Source: an uncultured Limnohabitans sp. (GTDB taxonomy: Bacteria > Pseudomonadota > Gammaproteobacteria > Burkholderiales > Burkholderiaceae_C). Taken from it: a stretch of DNA of 64,000 nt. Under the pieces are notes generated by a model that saw only the letters and a program-made list of their open reading frames with translations, ran no database searches and was not told where the DNA came from. Within the stretch, counting starts at the first letter, position 1, and every line of letters starts with the position of its first letter. Positions 36,798 through 50,323 of this stretch are shown here, one piece after another. Made by a program: the position numbers and the translations under genes. Where the stretch lies: the NCBI GenBank assembly GCA_937928195.1, contig CALEYZ010000022.1:2016-66015 (forward strand), given 5' to 3'.

Positions 36798-37970
36798 TTA
36801 AGCCGTTTGACTTTGCTGGCGAGAACATGCTGTGTTGAGATTCAACAAAACTGCTTTGTAGATGTTTTTCAAAGGCTCAATGTCTGCCACCGCAACATGC
36901 TCATCGATTTTGTGGATGGTTGCGTTGGGCGGACCAAGTTCGATGACCTGAGGACAAGTTTGCGCAATGAAGCGGCCATCACTGGTGCCACCTGTTGTTG
37001 ACAGTTCGGTGTGCAATCCTGTGACATCCACGATGGCTTCTTGCACGGCTTTGACCAAGGTACCGGGGGTTGTGAGGAAGGGCAGTCCGCCTAAGGTCCA
37101 TTCGATGTCAAATTTCAGACCATGCTTGAGAAGAACATCGGTGAGACCTTGCTTCAAGGACGTTTCCGTGGACTCGGTGCAAAAACGGAAATTGAAGTCA
37201 ATCACCATTTCGCCAGGAATCACATTGGTTGCGCCGGTTCCTGCTTGAACATTGCTGATTTGCCAACTGGTTGGCGGAAAAAATTCATTGCCTGTGTCCC
37301 AAACCATGCTGGCCAATTCTGCCAATGCGGGGGCTGCACGGTGCACGGGGTTGTCAGCCAACTGTGGATAGGCAATGTGGCCTTGAATGCCTTTCACGGT
37401 CAATTTGCCGCTGAGCGAACCGCGTCGGCCATTCTTGATCATGTCACCCGTTTGTTTGACTGACGTTGGCTCGCCCACGATGCAATAGTCTGGTGTCTCT
37501 TTTCGTTGATGCAACATTTCGCAAATGCGCACAGTGCCATCCAAGGCGGGACCTTCTTCATCGCTGGTCAAAAGAAACGCAATGCCCAACGCGGGGTTGA
37601 GACATTCTTGGTAGAACTCTTCGACAGCCACCACCATGGCGGCCAAGGACGTTTTCATGTCACTCGCCCCGCGGCCAAACAATTTGCCATCACGGTGTGT
37701 TGGTGTGAATGGATCGCTGGTCCATTGCTGTAGTGGGCCAGTCGGCACCACATCCACATGACCCGCAAATGCCAATGTTTGTCCCGAGGTGCCAGTTCGT
37801 TTGGCCCACAAGTTGCGAACTCTGAAATGATCAGGCCCCAAATCAATCACTTCGCAATCAAATCCCAAAGGCGTCAGGTGAGCATTGATGAGCGCTGTGC
37901 AACCGCCATCCTCTGGTGTGACTGATGGCAGCGCGATCAGTTGTTCTGCCAGTCGAAGTGTGGCGCTCAT
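36798..37970 (-). CDS. dapE: Succinyl-diaminopimelate desuccinylase
   Basis: [52 protein letters not shown]. Confidence 0.95.
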   Translation of the reverse strand: MSATLRLAEQLIALPSVTPEDGGCTALINAHLTPLGFDCEVIDLGPDHFRVRNLWAKRTGTSGQTLAFAGHVDVVPTGPLQQWTSDPFTPTHRDGKLFGRGASDMKTSLAAMVVAVEEFYQECLNPALGIAFLLTSDEEGPALDGTVRICEMLHQRKETPDYCIVGEPTSVKQTGDMIKNGRRGSLSGKLTVKGIQGHIAYPQLADNPVHRAAPALAELASMVWDTGNEFFPPTSWQISNVQAGTGATNVIPGEMVIDFNFRFCTESTETSLKQGLTDVLLKHGLKFDIEWTLGGLPFLTTPGTLVKAVQEAIVDVTGLHTELSTTGGTSDGRFIAQTCPQVIELGPPNATIHKIDEHVAVADIEPLKNIYKAVLLNLNTACSRQQSQTA

Positions 37971-39178
37971 GCTGCGCGACCTGCTCGAACAAATCGCGCG
38001 ATGCGCTGAGCAGCCTCTAAACACTCTTCTGTTTCTGCAACCAAGGCCATGCGCACCCGGCCTTGACCTGGGTTCTTGCCGTTGGCTGTTCGGCCAATGT
38101 AGCTGCCAGGCAAGACCGTGACATTTTCTGCTGCGTACAACTCACGCGCGAAGTCGGTATCACTGTTGTTCCATGCCGCTGGCACACCTGCCCACAAATA
38201 GAAACTGGCATCAGGTAATTTGACATCCAGTACTTCCGCCAGCACAGGTGTCACTTGTGCGAATTTGGTGCGGTACATGTTGCGGTTTTCCACCACATGG
38301 GCTTCGTCATTCCAAGCGGCAATGCTGGCAGCTTGCACCACGCCACTCATGGCGCAGCCGTGGTAGGTGCGATACAGCAAAAAGTCTTTGATGATGGCGG
38401 CATCGCCTGCGACAAAACCACTTCGCAGGCCTGGTACGTTGCTGCGTTTGGACAAGCTGGTGAACGAAATGAGGCGCTTGAATTCTTTGTAGCCCAGTTG
38501 ACTGGCGGCCTCCAAGCCCCCCAATGGCGGCTCGTCGCGGAAGTAAATTTCGCTGTAGCACTCATCCGAGGCAATCACGAACCCATATTTCTCACTCAAC
38601 TCAAAGAGCTTTTTCCATTCGGCCAGTGGCATGACCTTGCCCGTTGGATTGCCAGGTGAGCAGACGAAGACCAGTTGAGTTTTTGCCCATACGCTGTCGG
38701 GGACGCTGTCCCAGTCTGCGGCAAAGTCATCTTCTGGCGCATTTGCAACGTAAAAGGGCTCGGCACCGCCTAACAGTGTGGCACCTTCGTAAATCTGATA
38801 AAAGGGATTGGGACTGATGACCCGTGCGCCGGTTTGGGTAGGGTCTAGGACGGCCTGGGCCAACGAAAACAAGGCCTCACGAGAGCCATTCACAGGCAAA
38901 ATTTGCGTGGCGGCATTGATGTCCACTGAATAACGTCGTTTAAGCCACTGTGCGCAGGCTTCTCGCATTCGCAACTCTCCGATTGTGGCTGGATAGCCTG
39001 AAAGTGCGGTATCGAGCGACTGAATCAGCGCTGTTTTGATGAATTCAGGGGTGGCATGTTTGGGCTCGCCAATGCCCAAGCTGATGGGGCTACGGTTGGC
39101 GGGCGGGGTGACGCCTGTCAACAACTGTCGTAGGCGTTCGAAGGGGTAGGGCTGAAGGTGGGCCAATAAGGGATTCAT
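37967..39178 (-). CDS. dapC: Succinyldiaminopimelate transaminase
   Basis: [48 protein letters not shown]. Confidence 0.93.
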   Translation of the reverse strand: MNPLLAHLQPYPFERLRQLLTGVTPPANRSPISLGIGEPKHATPEFIKTALIQSLDTALSGYPATIGELRMREACAQWLKRRYSVDINAATQILPVNGSREALFSLAQAVLDPTQTGARVISPNPFYQIYEGATLLGGAEPFYVANAPEDDFAADWDSVPDSVWAKTQLVFVCSPGNPTGKVMPLAEWKKLFELSEKYGFVIASDECYSEIYFRDEPPLGGLEAASQLGYKEFKRLISFTSLSKRSNVPGLRSGFVAGDAAIIKDFLLYRTYHGCAMSGVVQAASIAAWNDEAHVVENRNMYRTKFAQVTPVLAEVLDVKLPDASFYLWAGVPAAWNNSDTDFARELYAAENVTVLPGSYIGRTANGKNPGQGRVRMALVAETEECLEAAQRIARFVRAGRAA

Positions 39179-39314
39179 CCCCCAATTATCCGGGATTGTT
39201 GGGCGGAATTTCTCCTCAATTTCAGGGGAAATCGGTGTCCCTTGGCTGGTTCGGGTCGGTTAACATGGAGGCTTCAGGCACAAGGTGTGCCTTTTGACCC
39301 AATTTCTGACTGCT

Positions 39315-42300
39315 GTGCGCCTTAATTCCATCAAATTATCTGGATTCAAATCCTTCGCAGAACCCACCAACTTTGTGCTGCCAGGCCAGTTGGTCGGCGT
39401 TGTGGGCCCCAATGGTTGCGGTAAATCCAACATCATGGACGCATGTCGCTGGGTTTTGGGTGAGTCCAAAGCTTCAGAGTTGCGTGGCGAGTCCATGCAA
39501 GACGTTATCTTCAATGGCACCAACACACGCAAGGCCGCTAGCCGTGCCAGTGTTGAGTTGGTTTTTGACAATGCAGACCACCGTGCAGGTGGCCAGTGGG
39601 GGCAGTTTGCTGAGATTGCCGTCAAACGTGTTTTGACACGCGATGGCAACAGCAGTTATTACATCAACAACCAACCTGTGCGCCGTCGCGACGTGCAAGA
39701 CGTGTTTTTGGGCACCGGCTTGGGCCCACGTGCCTACGCCATCATTGGTCAGGGCACCATCAGTCGAATCATTGAATCCAGGCCTGAAGAGTTGCGCTTG
39801 TTTTTGGAAGAAGCGGCCGGCGTTTCCAAATACAAAGAACGTCGACGCGAAACTGAAAATCGTTTGTCTGACACGCGTGAAAATTTAACACGCGTTGAAG
39901 ATATCTTGCGGGAACTCAATGCCAACCTCGAAAAACTTGAAAAACAAGCAGAGGTCGCTCAGCGCTTTAATGACCTCAAAGCTGACAGCACCCTGAAGCA
40001 ACAACAATTGTGGTTTTTCAAACGTGCCGATGCAGAAACCGATCAAGTCAAAATCAAGGCCGATGTCGACAAGGCTGTGATTGATCTGGAGTCTCGAATT
40101 GCCGACTTGCGGCATGTGGAGTCTGACCTTGAAACAGTTCGACAGGCGCATTACGCGGCTGGTGATCAGGTGAACCAAGCGCAAGGCTTGCTCTATGAAG
40201 CCAGCGCAGAAGTGGGCCGCCTAGAAGCAGAAATTCGATTTGTGGTCGAAGGTCGTCAGCGTGCTGAGCAACGCTTAGGCCAATTGCAAGAGCAAACAGC
40301 CGATTGGTCTGATCGACAAATTCAAGCGCAAGCAGAACTTGAGTCTTTGGCTGAACAAGCCCTCCAGGCTGAAGATCAAACGATGACATTGGCCGCACAA
40401 GTTGAAGATCAAGCTCAAGCCTTGCCCGATCTGGAGGAGGCTCTGCGCCAGTCCCAAGCCAAAGCCAATGAACAACGCAGCAGCGTTGTGCAAGTGCAGC
40501 AGCAAATTCAAGTGTTGGCCGCAGATCAACGCAACATTGAAGATCAAACACGGCAACTGTCTCTGCGTCGAGAGCGCCTGGTCGCCGATCGCAATGCATT
40601 GGATGCGCCTGATGAGCAACGTCTCCTGAACTTGCAAGAACAACTGGCGCAAGCGGAGATCTTGTCCAAGGAGTCCAGCGCGCGCTTGCAAGAACTGGAA
40701 GAGCAAACACCACAGTTGGACCAAGAGCGCCGTGAGAAGCAGCAAGCAGTGAATGATGAGTCCGCTAAGCTGGCAGACCTGTCTGCAAAAATTGAAGCGC
40801 TTAAATCATTGCAAGAGAAGGTGAAAACTGATGGCAAGTTAAAGCCTTGGTTGAACAAGCATGGCCTCGACAATCTCCAAGGCCTGTGGAGCAAAATCCA
40901 CATGGAGCCAGGTTGGGAAAATGCCATGGAGTCGGCGCTACGGGAACGCTTGTCCTCTTTGGAGGTGTCTCGGTTGGACATGGTCAAAGCCTTTGCCTCT
41001 GACTCGCCACCTGCCAAATTGTCCTTTTACTCCCCCCCCAACGGAACGGCCACAGTTGCACGCAAAGGATTGCCAGCTGCGTGCCGCCCATTGTCTGATT
41101 TGCTGCGACTCTCAGACGCAGGACTCTCGGCATTGCTCACGGATTGGTTGCAGGGGTGTTTTACGGCGCCCTCTTTGGAAGACGCCATGGCTTGGCGCGA
41201 TCAATTGCAAGGCAGTGAGTGCTTTGTGGTGCAAGCCGGACATGCTATTGGCAAAAACAGCGTTAGCTTTTATGCGCCTGATTCTGAACAAGCCGGCTTG
41301 TTGGCCCGCGCACAAGACATTGAAAACTTTGAAAAGCAACTGCGTGCGCAAACATTGATTGCTGAAGAGACCCGATCAGCATCCGTTAGAGCGGAAGCTG
41401 CATACGCTGATGCAGCGCAACGGCTGGTCTCCATTCGCCAAGAAGCTTCTGAAACACAATCAAAAGCCCATGAGCTCCAAGTTGAAACTTTGCGTCTGTC
41501 ACAGTGGGCAGAACAAACTCGGGCTCGCAGTGAACAAATTGCAGGCGACATGGCGGAGGTTGATCTCAGTTTAGAAGATTTGCAAGAGCGTCGCATGACG
41601 GCGGAAGGTCGATTCGAAGAGCTCGATATGCAATTGGCTGATAGCCAAGAACGACATGCGCAATTGGATGAGCGCGTCATTGAAGCCGAGCGAAAGTTGT
41701 CTGAGTGCCGCGAGCAACAACGAACGCTAGAGCGTTTGGCACAAGAGGCAACTTTCTCGCAAAGGAGTCTGGAGGCGCGGCGTTCGGAATTGCAGCGAGG
41801 TCTTGAAACGGCGGCTCAGCAAATTCAGTCCATTGCCGCAGAACAAGAACGTGCCAAAGATGAACTGTCGCGCTTAACCGATGCTGCTGCGCAAGCTGGT
41901 TTGCAAAACGCTTTGGCCATGAAGATGGAGCGCGAACAAGTCTTGGGCGCCAAGCGCAGTGAGTACGATGACTTGACCAACCGATTGCGTGCCAGTGATG
42001 AACGTCGCATGAGCTTTGAGCGTGAGCTTGATCCCTTGCGTCAACGCATCACCGAATTGCAGTTGAAAGAACAGGCGTCTCGTTTGGGGCTTGAGCAATA
42101 CACTCAGTTGCTCATTGATGCAGAAGCTGACATGGAAGCACTGGCCAAATCAATCGAAGACGGCAATGTGCGACTTACAGGTTTGCAATCGGAAATTGAC
42201 CGTTTGAACCGTGAAATTGCGGCCTTGGGCGCCGTCAACTTGGCGGCTTTGGATGAGTTGACCGTTGCACGTGAACGGAAGATTTTCTTGGATGCTCAAA

Positions 42301-42842
42301 CGGCTGACTTGACGGAAGCCATGACGACGCTGGAAGATGCCATCAAGAAAATTGATGCCGAAACGCGTGACTTATTGGGGGGCACCTTCAAAATTGTGAA
42401 CGAACACTTTGGTCGCATGTTCCCAGAATTGTTCGGTGGCGGCAATGCACGCCTGGTCATGACCGGTGATGAGATTTTGGATTCAGGTGTGCAGGTGATG
42501 GCACAGCCACCTGGCAAAAAGAATCAAACCATTCACTTGTTGTCGGGTGGCGAAAAGGCCCTCACAGCGATTGCCTTGGTGTTTGCCATTTTTCAGCTCA
42601 ACCCTGCACCTTTCTGTCTGCTGGACGAGGTGGATGCACCTCTCGACGATACCAACACCGAGCGCTATGCCAAGCTCGTGAAGAGCATGGGCAAAGAAAC
42701 ACAGTTCTTGTTCATCAGTCACAACAAAATTGCCATGGAGATGGCTGAACAACTGATCGGTGTCACGATGCAAGAGCAGGGTGTTTCACGCATCGTGGCG
42801 GTGGACATGGAAGCAGCTGTCTCCATGGCTGAATTGACTTGA
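39315..42842 (+). CDS. smc: Chromosome segregation protein SMC
   Basis: GFKSF, GPNGCGKSN, long coiled coils, LSGGEKAL, LDEVDAPLDD; GTG start. Confidence 0.96.
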   Translation: MRLNSIKLSGFKSFAEPTNFVLPGQLVGVVGPNGCGKSNIMDACRWVLGESKASELRGESMQDVIFNGTNTRKAASRASVELVFDNADHRAGGQWGQFAEIAVKRVLTRDGNSSYYINNQPVRRRDVQDVFLGTGLGPRAYAIIGQGTISRIIESRPEELRLFLEEAAGVSKYKERRRETENRLSDTRENLTRVEDILRELNANLEKLEKQAEVAQRFNDLKADSTLKQQQLWFFKRADAETDQVKIKADVDKAVIDLESRIADLRHVESDLETVRQAHYAAGDQVNQAQGLLYEASAEVGRLEAEIRFVVEGRQRAEQRLGQLQEQTADWSDRQIQAQAELESLAEQALQAEDQTMTLAAQVEDQAQALPDLEEALRQSQAKANEQRSSVVQVQQQIQVLAADQRNIEDQTRQLSLRRERLVADRNALDAPDEQRLLNLQEQLAQAEILSKESSARLQELEEQTPQLDQERREKQQAVNDESAKLADLSAKIEALKSLQEKVKTDGKLKPWLNKHGLDNLQGLWSKIHMEPGWENAMESALRERLSSLEVSRLDMVKAFASDSPPAKLSFYSPPNGTATVARKGLPAACRPLSDLLRLSDAGLSALLTDWLQGCFTAPSLEDAMAWRDQLQGSECFVVQAGHAIGKNSVSFYAPDSEQAGLLARAQDIENFEKQLRAQTLIAEETRSASVRAEAAYADAAQRLVSIRQEASETQSKAHELQVETLRLSQWAEQTRARSEQIAGDMAEVDLSLEDLQERRMTAEGRFEELDMQLADSQERHAQLDERVIEAERKLSECREQQRTLERLAQEATFSQRSLEARRSELQRGLETAAQQIQSIAAEQERAKDELSRLTDAAAQAGLQNALAMKMEREQVLGAKRSEYDDLTNRLRASDERRMSFERELDPLRQRITELQLKEQASRLGLEQYTQLLIDAEADMEALAKSIEDGNVRLTGLQSEIDRLNREIAALGAVNLAALDELTVARERKIFLDAQTADLTEAMTTLEDAIKKIDAETRDLLGGTFKIVNEHFGRMFPELFGGGNARLVMTGDEILDSGVQVMAQPPGKKNQTIHLLSGGEKALTAIALVFAIFQLNPAPFCLLDEVDAPLDDTNTERYAKLVKSMGKETQFLFISHNKIAMEMAEQLIGVTMQEQGVSRIVAVDMEAAVSMAELT

Positions 42843-42874
42843 TTCGATTGAAACGACACAACTTCTAAACACTC

Positions 42875-43927
42875 ATGAGCTCATTGCAAAACAGTTTGGC
42901 CTTGGTGGGTGGTTTGACACTCATCGGTGTGGTTTTGTACAACTTTTGGACGGCGCGTCAGAATGCACCGCGTCAAGCAGACCCTGGCGCCACCCATCTC
43001 CAAGAGCCATCCGCTGCCTCGCGCGATGCGAGCCCTTCAGCCGAAGGCCCTCAAGATCCTTCCTTTTTGGAAGATGCGTTGGACGTGCTGCCTGTACTTG
43101 AAAAGAAACCACCTTTGGATGCATTGATCGATGTCATTGCCCCCATTGAGGTTGACGTTCAAGTTTCCGGCGATGCGGCTTTGGCCGCATTGCCAGCAAC
43201 GCGTCGCGTAGGTACCAAACCTTTTGCTGTTGAAGGTCTGAGCGATATCAGTGGTGAGTGGGAAATGCCAGTGGCGGGGCGCAGGTACCATTCTTTCCAA
43301 GCAGGCGTTCAATTGGCCAATAGAGTTGGCCCATTGAATGAAATTGAGTTTTCAGAGTTTGTGATCAAAGCGCAAGCTTTTGCAGATGCCATCAATGGTG
43401 CGCCAGAGTTTCCAGACATGCTGGAGGAGGTTGCTCGTGCACGTGAGTTGGATCAATTTGCGAGCGAACACGATGCACAATTGAGTTTCACCATCTGCGC
43501 CACCTCTGCTGCATGGAGTCCTGGTTACATCCAGCAGCATGCTGCACGTTGGGGCTTTGTTGCCGGCGTTATTCCTGGGCGCATGGTCCTGGCAGCGCCT
43601 GTTCAAGGCTTGCCTCCAATTTTGTCTTTGTCTTTTGATTCCCAAGCGGCCATGGCCGATGACCCCGCTTTGTCCGCCATTCGAGAGTTCACGCTCAGTT
43701 TGGATGTGCCGCAGGTGCCTCGTGAAGAACATGCATTTGCGCGTCTTCGTGAAGCTGCACGTATCTTGGGCCAAGAAATGGACGGGGTCATCACAGACGG
43801 TGTTGGTCACGCTTTGATGGACGAAGATCTCAATGCCATTGCCGCAGATCTTGAGCAGTTGTATGACGCTTTAGATCAACGCGAACTTTCTGCGGGATCT
43901 CCGCAGGCACGACGCCTTTTCTCTTGA
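42875..43927 (+). CDS. zipA: Cell division protein ZipA-like (C-terminal FtsZ-binding domain)
   Basis: N-terminal TM anchor, QLANR.GPLNEIEFSEF, LDVP, AGS..ARRLFS; smc-zipA-ligA order. Confidence 0.8.
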   Translation: MSSLQNSLALVGGLTLIGVVLYNFWTARQNAPRQADPGATHLQEPSAASRDASPSAEGPQDPSFLEDALDVLPVLEKKPPLDALIDVIAPIEVDVQVSGDAALAALPATRRVGTKPFAVEGLSDISGEWEMPVAGRRYHSFQAGVQLANRVGPLNEIEFSEFVIKAQAFADAINGAPEFPDMLEEVARARELDQFASEHDAQLSFTICATSAAWSPGYIQQHAARWGFVAGVIPGRMVLAAPVQGLPPILSLSFDSQAAMADDPALSAIREFTLSLDVPQVPREEHAFARLREAARILGQEMDGVITDGVGHALMDEDLNAIAADLEQLYDALDQRELSAGSPQARRLFS

Positions 43928-43955
43928 TGCGTGTTGCATTGATCGTTCGTTCTGA

Positions 43956-46616
<2,661 letters not shown>

Positions 46617-46620
<4 letters not shown>

Positions 46621-47777
46621 AGTTTTGACAAGCGTGAGAGGGCGGTTTGCAAGGTTTGATCTTGCTTGGCAAAACAAAACCGAATGACGTTTTGATCAAA
46701 ACTGTTGCCATAAAAGGCTGACATCGGAATGGCTGCGACTCCAATGTCTGATGTTAGCCATTCACAGAATTTAGACTCTCCCAGATTCTTTTCTGGAACA
46801 GACAAGCCAGAGATGTCAACGCACTGGAAATAGGTCCCTTCGCCAGGCAGCATTTTGAACTGGGTTTGCGCCAATCCCTGGCGGAACAAATCACGTTTGC
46901 GCTGGTAGAACTGTGGCAATTCTAGATAAGGGCGAGGATTTTCCATGTACCTTGCCAATGCATGTTGAACAGGCGTGTTGACCGTAAAGACATTGAATTG
47001 ATGCACTTTTCGAAACTCAGTCGTCAAGGATGCAGGTGCTGCGACCGTACCAACTTTCCAGCCAGTCACGTGGAATGTTTTGCCAAAGCTGGAAACGACA
47101 AAAGCGCGGGAAGCCAAACTAGGGTAACTGGATGCACTGTGGTGTTTCAGGGGTGCATACACCATGTGTTCATAGACCTCATCGCTGATCAATAGCACTT
47201 CAGTGGGCGCTAAGATTTCTTGCAGTCGCATCATGTCCTCGTGTCGCCAGACCATCCCGCTGGGGTTGTGTGGTGAATTGATGATGATTGCGCGCGTCTT
47301 GTTTGAGATCGCGGCTTGAATTTTGTCAAAGTCTGGCCTGAAGGTTCCTGGGGTCAAGGGCACGCGCACCACCACGCCACCCGCCATGTCAACATTGGGC
47401 ACGTAACTGTCATAGCAAGGCTCCAGCACAATCACTTCATCGCCTGCATGGACGACTGCCAGCAATATCGTCAGGATGGCCTGCGTTGCGCCCGCTGTGA
47501 CGGTAATTTCAGTTTGTGGATCGTAGTGCCTCCCATACAGTGCATCAATTTTTTTTGAAACTGCCTCACGCAATGGCGCTGCACCTGGCATCGGGGGGTA
47601 TTGGTTGAGGCCATCTTTCATGGCTTGAGTGACTTGATCAACCAGCAAAGGGTCACATTCAAAGTCAGGAAAGCCTTGGCCTAAATTCACGGCATTGGTC
47701 TTTGTCGCCAAAGCGGACATGACCGAGAAGATGGTGGTACCCATTGTTGGGTGCTTGGAAATGAGTTCTGGCGTCAT
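46617..47777 (-). CDS. PLP-dependent aminotransferase (YbdL/methionine aminotransferase-like)
   Basis: [43 protein letters not shown]. Confidence 0.88.
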
Positions 47778-47797
47778 GACTTTGTTTTTAAAAAGTG

Positions 47798-48739
47798 TCA
47801 GAGTTCGTAATCGTTGACATGGCCTGTCATGGCTTTTGCAACCAATGCCGCCGTCAGTCGATCACTGAGCAGCTCTGCAAATTGGTACACAAAATTGCGC
47901 AAATAGGCGCCTCGTTTGAAGGCAACGCGTGCGACGTTTTTCCCTAGCAAATCACCCAATGGACGTGCAACCAAATCACCAATGGGATCATCCTTGACCG
48001 CCATTTCCGCCACGATACCAACCCCTAACCCCAAGCGCACATAGGTCTTGATCACGTCTGAATCAATGGCTTCCAAGGCAATGCGAGGGTGAAGCTTCTT
48101 GCTGGCAAAAGCTGCATCAATACGGGTCCGTCCTGTGAAAGACGGATGGTAGGTGATCAGGGGTTCCTTGGCGATATCTTCCAGGTGAAGGTGCTTCTTC
48201 TTGGCCAACGGATGATCGGGCGCCAACACCAGCATGTGCTGCCATTCATAGCATGGCAAGGTGACCAAGTCTTCATAGTCAGCCAAAGACTCCGTGGCCA
48301 TGCCAATTTCTGCTGTGTCATCCAGCAACATGCGCGCGACCTGGTCAGGTGAGCCTTGGTGCAAGCTGATGTTGACTTGTGGGTATTGCTCTCGAAGGCG
48401 GGCTACAGGAACTGGCAATACGTAACGTGCCTGCGTGTGCGTTGTTGCAATGGACAAAGTTCCATGGTGCTGGGCACTGTATTGCTCGCCAATGCGTTTG
48501 AGATTGCCAATCTCTCGCATGATGACTTCAATGCTTTTGAGAACATGTTGGCCTGGCTCTGTAATCCGCTTAAGCCGCTTGCCGTGTCGCGCGAAAATAT
48601 CGATGCCAAGTTCTTGTTCCAATTCAATGATGGCCTTTGAAACGCCAGGCTGAGACGTGTGAAGTGCTTTGGCTGCCTCTGTTAAATTCAAGTTGCGCCT
48701 TGCAGCTTCTTGAACAAACCGAAATTGATGCAAGTTCAT
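47798..48739 (-). CDS. cysB: CysB family LysR regulator
   Basis: NLNLTEAAK.L.TSQPGVSK, IATTHTQARY.LP, DSDVIKTYV.LGLG. Confidence 0.92.
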   Translation of the reverse strand: MNLHQFRFVQEAARRNLNLTEAAKALHTSQPGVSKAIIELEQELGIDIFARHGKRLKRITEPGQHVLKSIEVIMREIGNLKRIGEQYSAQHHGTLSIATTHTQARYVLPVPVARLREQYPQVNISLHQGSPDQVARMLLDDTAEIGMATESLADYEDLVTLPCYEWQHMLVLAPDHPLAKKKHLHLEDIAKEPLITYHPSFTGRTRIDAAFASKKLHPRIALEAIDSDVIKTYVRLGLGVGIVAEMAVKDDPIGDLVARPLGDLLGKNVARVAFKRGAYLRNFVYQFAELLSDRLTAALVAKAMTGHVNDYEL

Positions 48740-48811
48740 AACAATAAACCCTGAAAATATGGATTTATTATGCCTTATGGATCTAAAGGCTGCCGTAGAG
48801 CTTGAACAAGT

Positions 48812-49195
48812 TCATTGCACTGAGGACAGCGCAATTTGCGCCATCACCTGGGTTAGCTGAGGTTCTTCGCCAATGGCGCGGCGCAAATCAAAAGCCACGT
48901 GGGGGTGTGCTGTCTGGAGCTGCTTGACCAGTTCTGGCAAGTCTTCGCGAGCATGTCGGCCAACGCCTAAGAACATAGGAAGAATGGCAATGTGCCGAAC
49001 GCCCTGTGCAATCATGCCAGCGGCTGTGCTGGGCAAGTCTGGTGTTGTGAGTTCCAAATAAGCGCAAGCCACCACCGTGTCGGGAGATTGTTGTTGGATC
49101 AGTTCAGCAACAGCTTCGATAGGCCGGCGCCACAGTGAATCACGTGAGCCATGCGCGAACAAAATAATGCCTTGGTGAGAGGTGGTCAGAGTCAT
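48812..49195 (-). CDS. CbiX/SirB-type small chelatase
   Basis: LFAHGSRD, AYLEL..P, PMFLG.G.H.REDLP. Confidence 0.88.
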   Translation of the reverse strand: MTLTTSHQGIILFAHGSRDSLWRRPIEAVAELIQQQSPDTVVACAYLELTTPDLPSTAAGMIAQGVRHIAILPMFLGVGRHAREDLPELVKQLQTAHPHVAFDLRRAIGEEPQLTQVMAQIALSSVQ

Positions 49196-49216
49196 GTGTA
49201 ACTTGCCTGTCGTTTG

Positions 49217-50323
49217 TTACTGCCTCAGAACCAACCAACCAAAGGTGGCCAAAGAAACAATGCTGTAAATCATGGCGGGTGCAGCGGCGGTTAACCATGG
49301 TTGCCAATTTTGCAAATTGCCCATGAACCCAAATACGTTGTTCAACAGGTAGAAACTGATACCTGCCATGACCCCACCGAACACATAGCCTGCAATGTTG
49401 CCTGACCTGAAGTGCAGATAAGCAAAAGGCAATGCCAACGTCAACATAACCCAGCAACTGAGTGGGTAGAACACTTTTCGCCAGAATTCAATCTCATACC
49501 TTTGAGCACTTTGACCATTGGCGGCTAGGTGTCGCATGTACTGAAAAAGGTCCAGGGTTTTCATGCGATCAGGACTTAACAGTGCTGCACTGATCATTTC
49601 AGAGGTGATTTCTGTCTGCCATTTCCATTCTGGCAAATTCAAAATTTCTACACGGGAGTCTTGTGACTCGTTCATGTGAAAAACACGGCGGTCGACCGGT
49701 TTCAAAAGCCAAGCGCCATCTTCTGTGTATTCAGCGAGTGGAGACAATGTAATCGACTTCAAACGCCCCTCGTTGTCAAACTCATTGATGTGAATATTTT
49801 CAGGTTGTCCTGAACTGTTCAACCCGCGAACATTCACAGCAAACTGCGACTGGCCTTGCTTTTCACGGAGCCAAGCACCTGTTTGACCCACCGTAATTTG
49901 TCCTTGGTAATGAGATTTCAGCAGTTGGGCTTGTCGATCGGACCAGGGTGAAATGTAGTCACCAAAAATAAAGGTCACAGCCACAAATATCAACCCGAGT
50001 TGAAACAAAGTCTGCAGCGCACGCCAAGGCCCTAAGCCGCCAGTTCTCAGAATGGTGAATTCAGAACTTTGTGCGAAGCGAGCCATGACAAATATGGCGC
50101 CTATCAATACCGAGATAGGCAGCAGCTCATACAAATGGCTTGGCATCAGAAGTGCCACATACATGATGGCGTGCTGAAGCTGGTAGCCTTGAAACTTGTT
50201 TTTACTCAAAGTTTGAAGTTGGTCAACCAAGTCAAAAAAAACAAACAATGCCAAGAAGCCCAAAGCCACAAAGCTAACAGCGCGGATGATTTCGCCGTGG
50301 ATCAATCGTCGAATGGTTTTCAT
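49217..50323 (-). CDS. lptG: LPS export ABC permease LptG
   Basis: SEFTILR.GG, FWRK.FYPL, follows lptF with ATGA overlap. Confidence 0.9.
   Translation of the reverse strand: MKTIRRLIHGEIIRAVSFVALGFLALFVFFDLVDQLQTLSKNKFQGYQLQHAIMYVALLMPSHLYELLPISVLIGAIFVMARFAQSSEFTILRTGGLGPWRALQTLFQLGLIFVAVTFIFGDYISPWSDRQAQLLKSHYQGQITVGQTGAWLREKQGQSQFAVNVRGLNSSGQPENIHINEFDNEGRLKSITLSPLAEYTEDGAWLLKPVDRRVFHMNESQDSRVEILNLPEWKWQTEITSEMISAALLSPDRMKTLDLFQYMRHLAANGQSAQRYEIEFWRKVFYPLSCWVMLTLALPFAYLHFRSGNIAGYVFGGVMAGISFYLLNNVFGFMGNLQNWQPWLTAAAPAMIYSIVSLATFGWLVLRQ

Noticed and set aside
39179-39314. Several short hairpins between dapC and smc suggesting an ncRNA
   Set aside because: Short imperfect stems in a divergent promoter region, with no recognisable RNA family.
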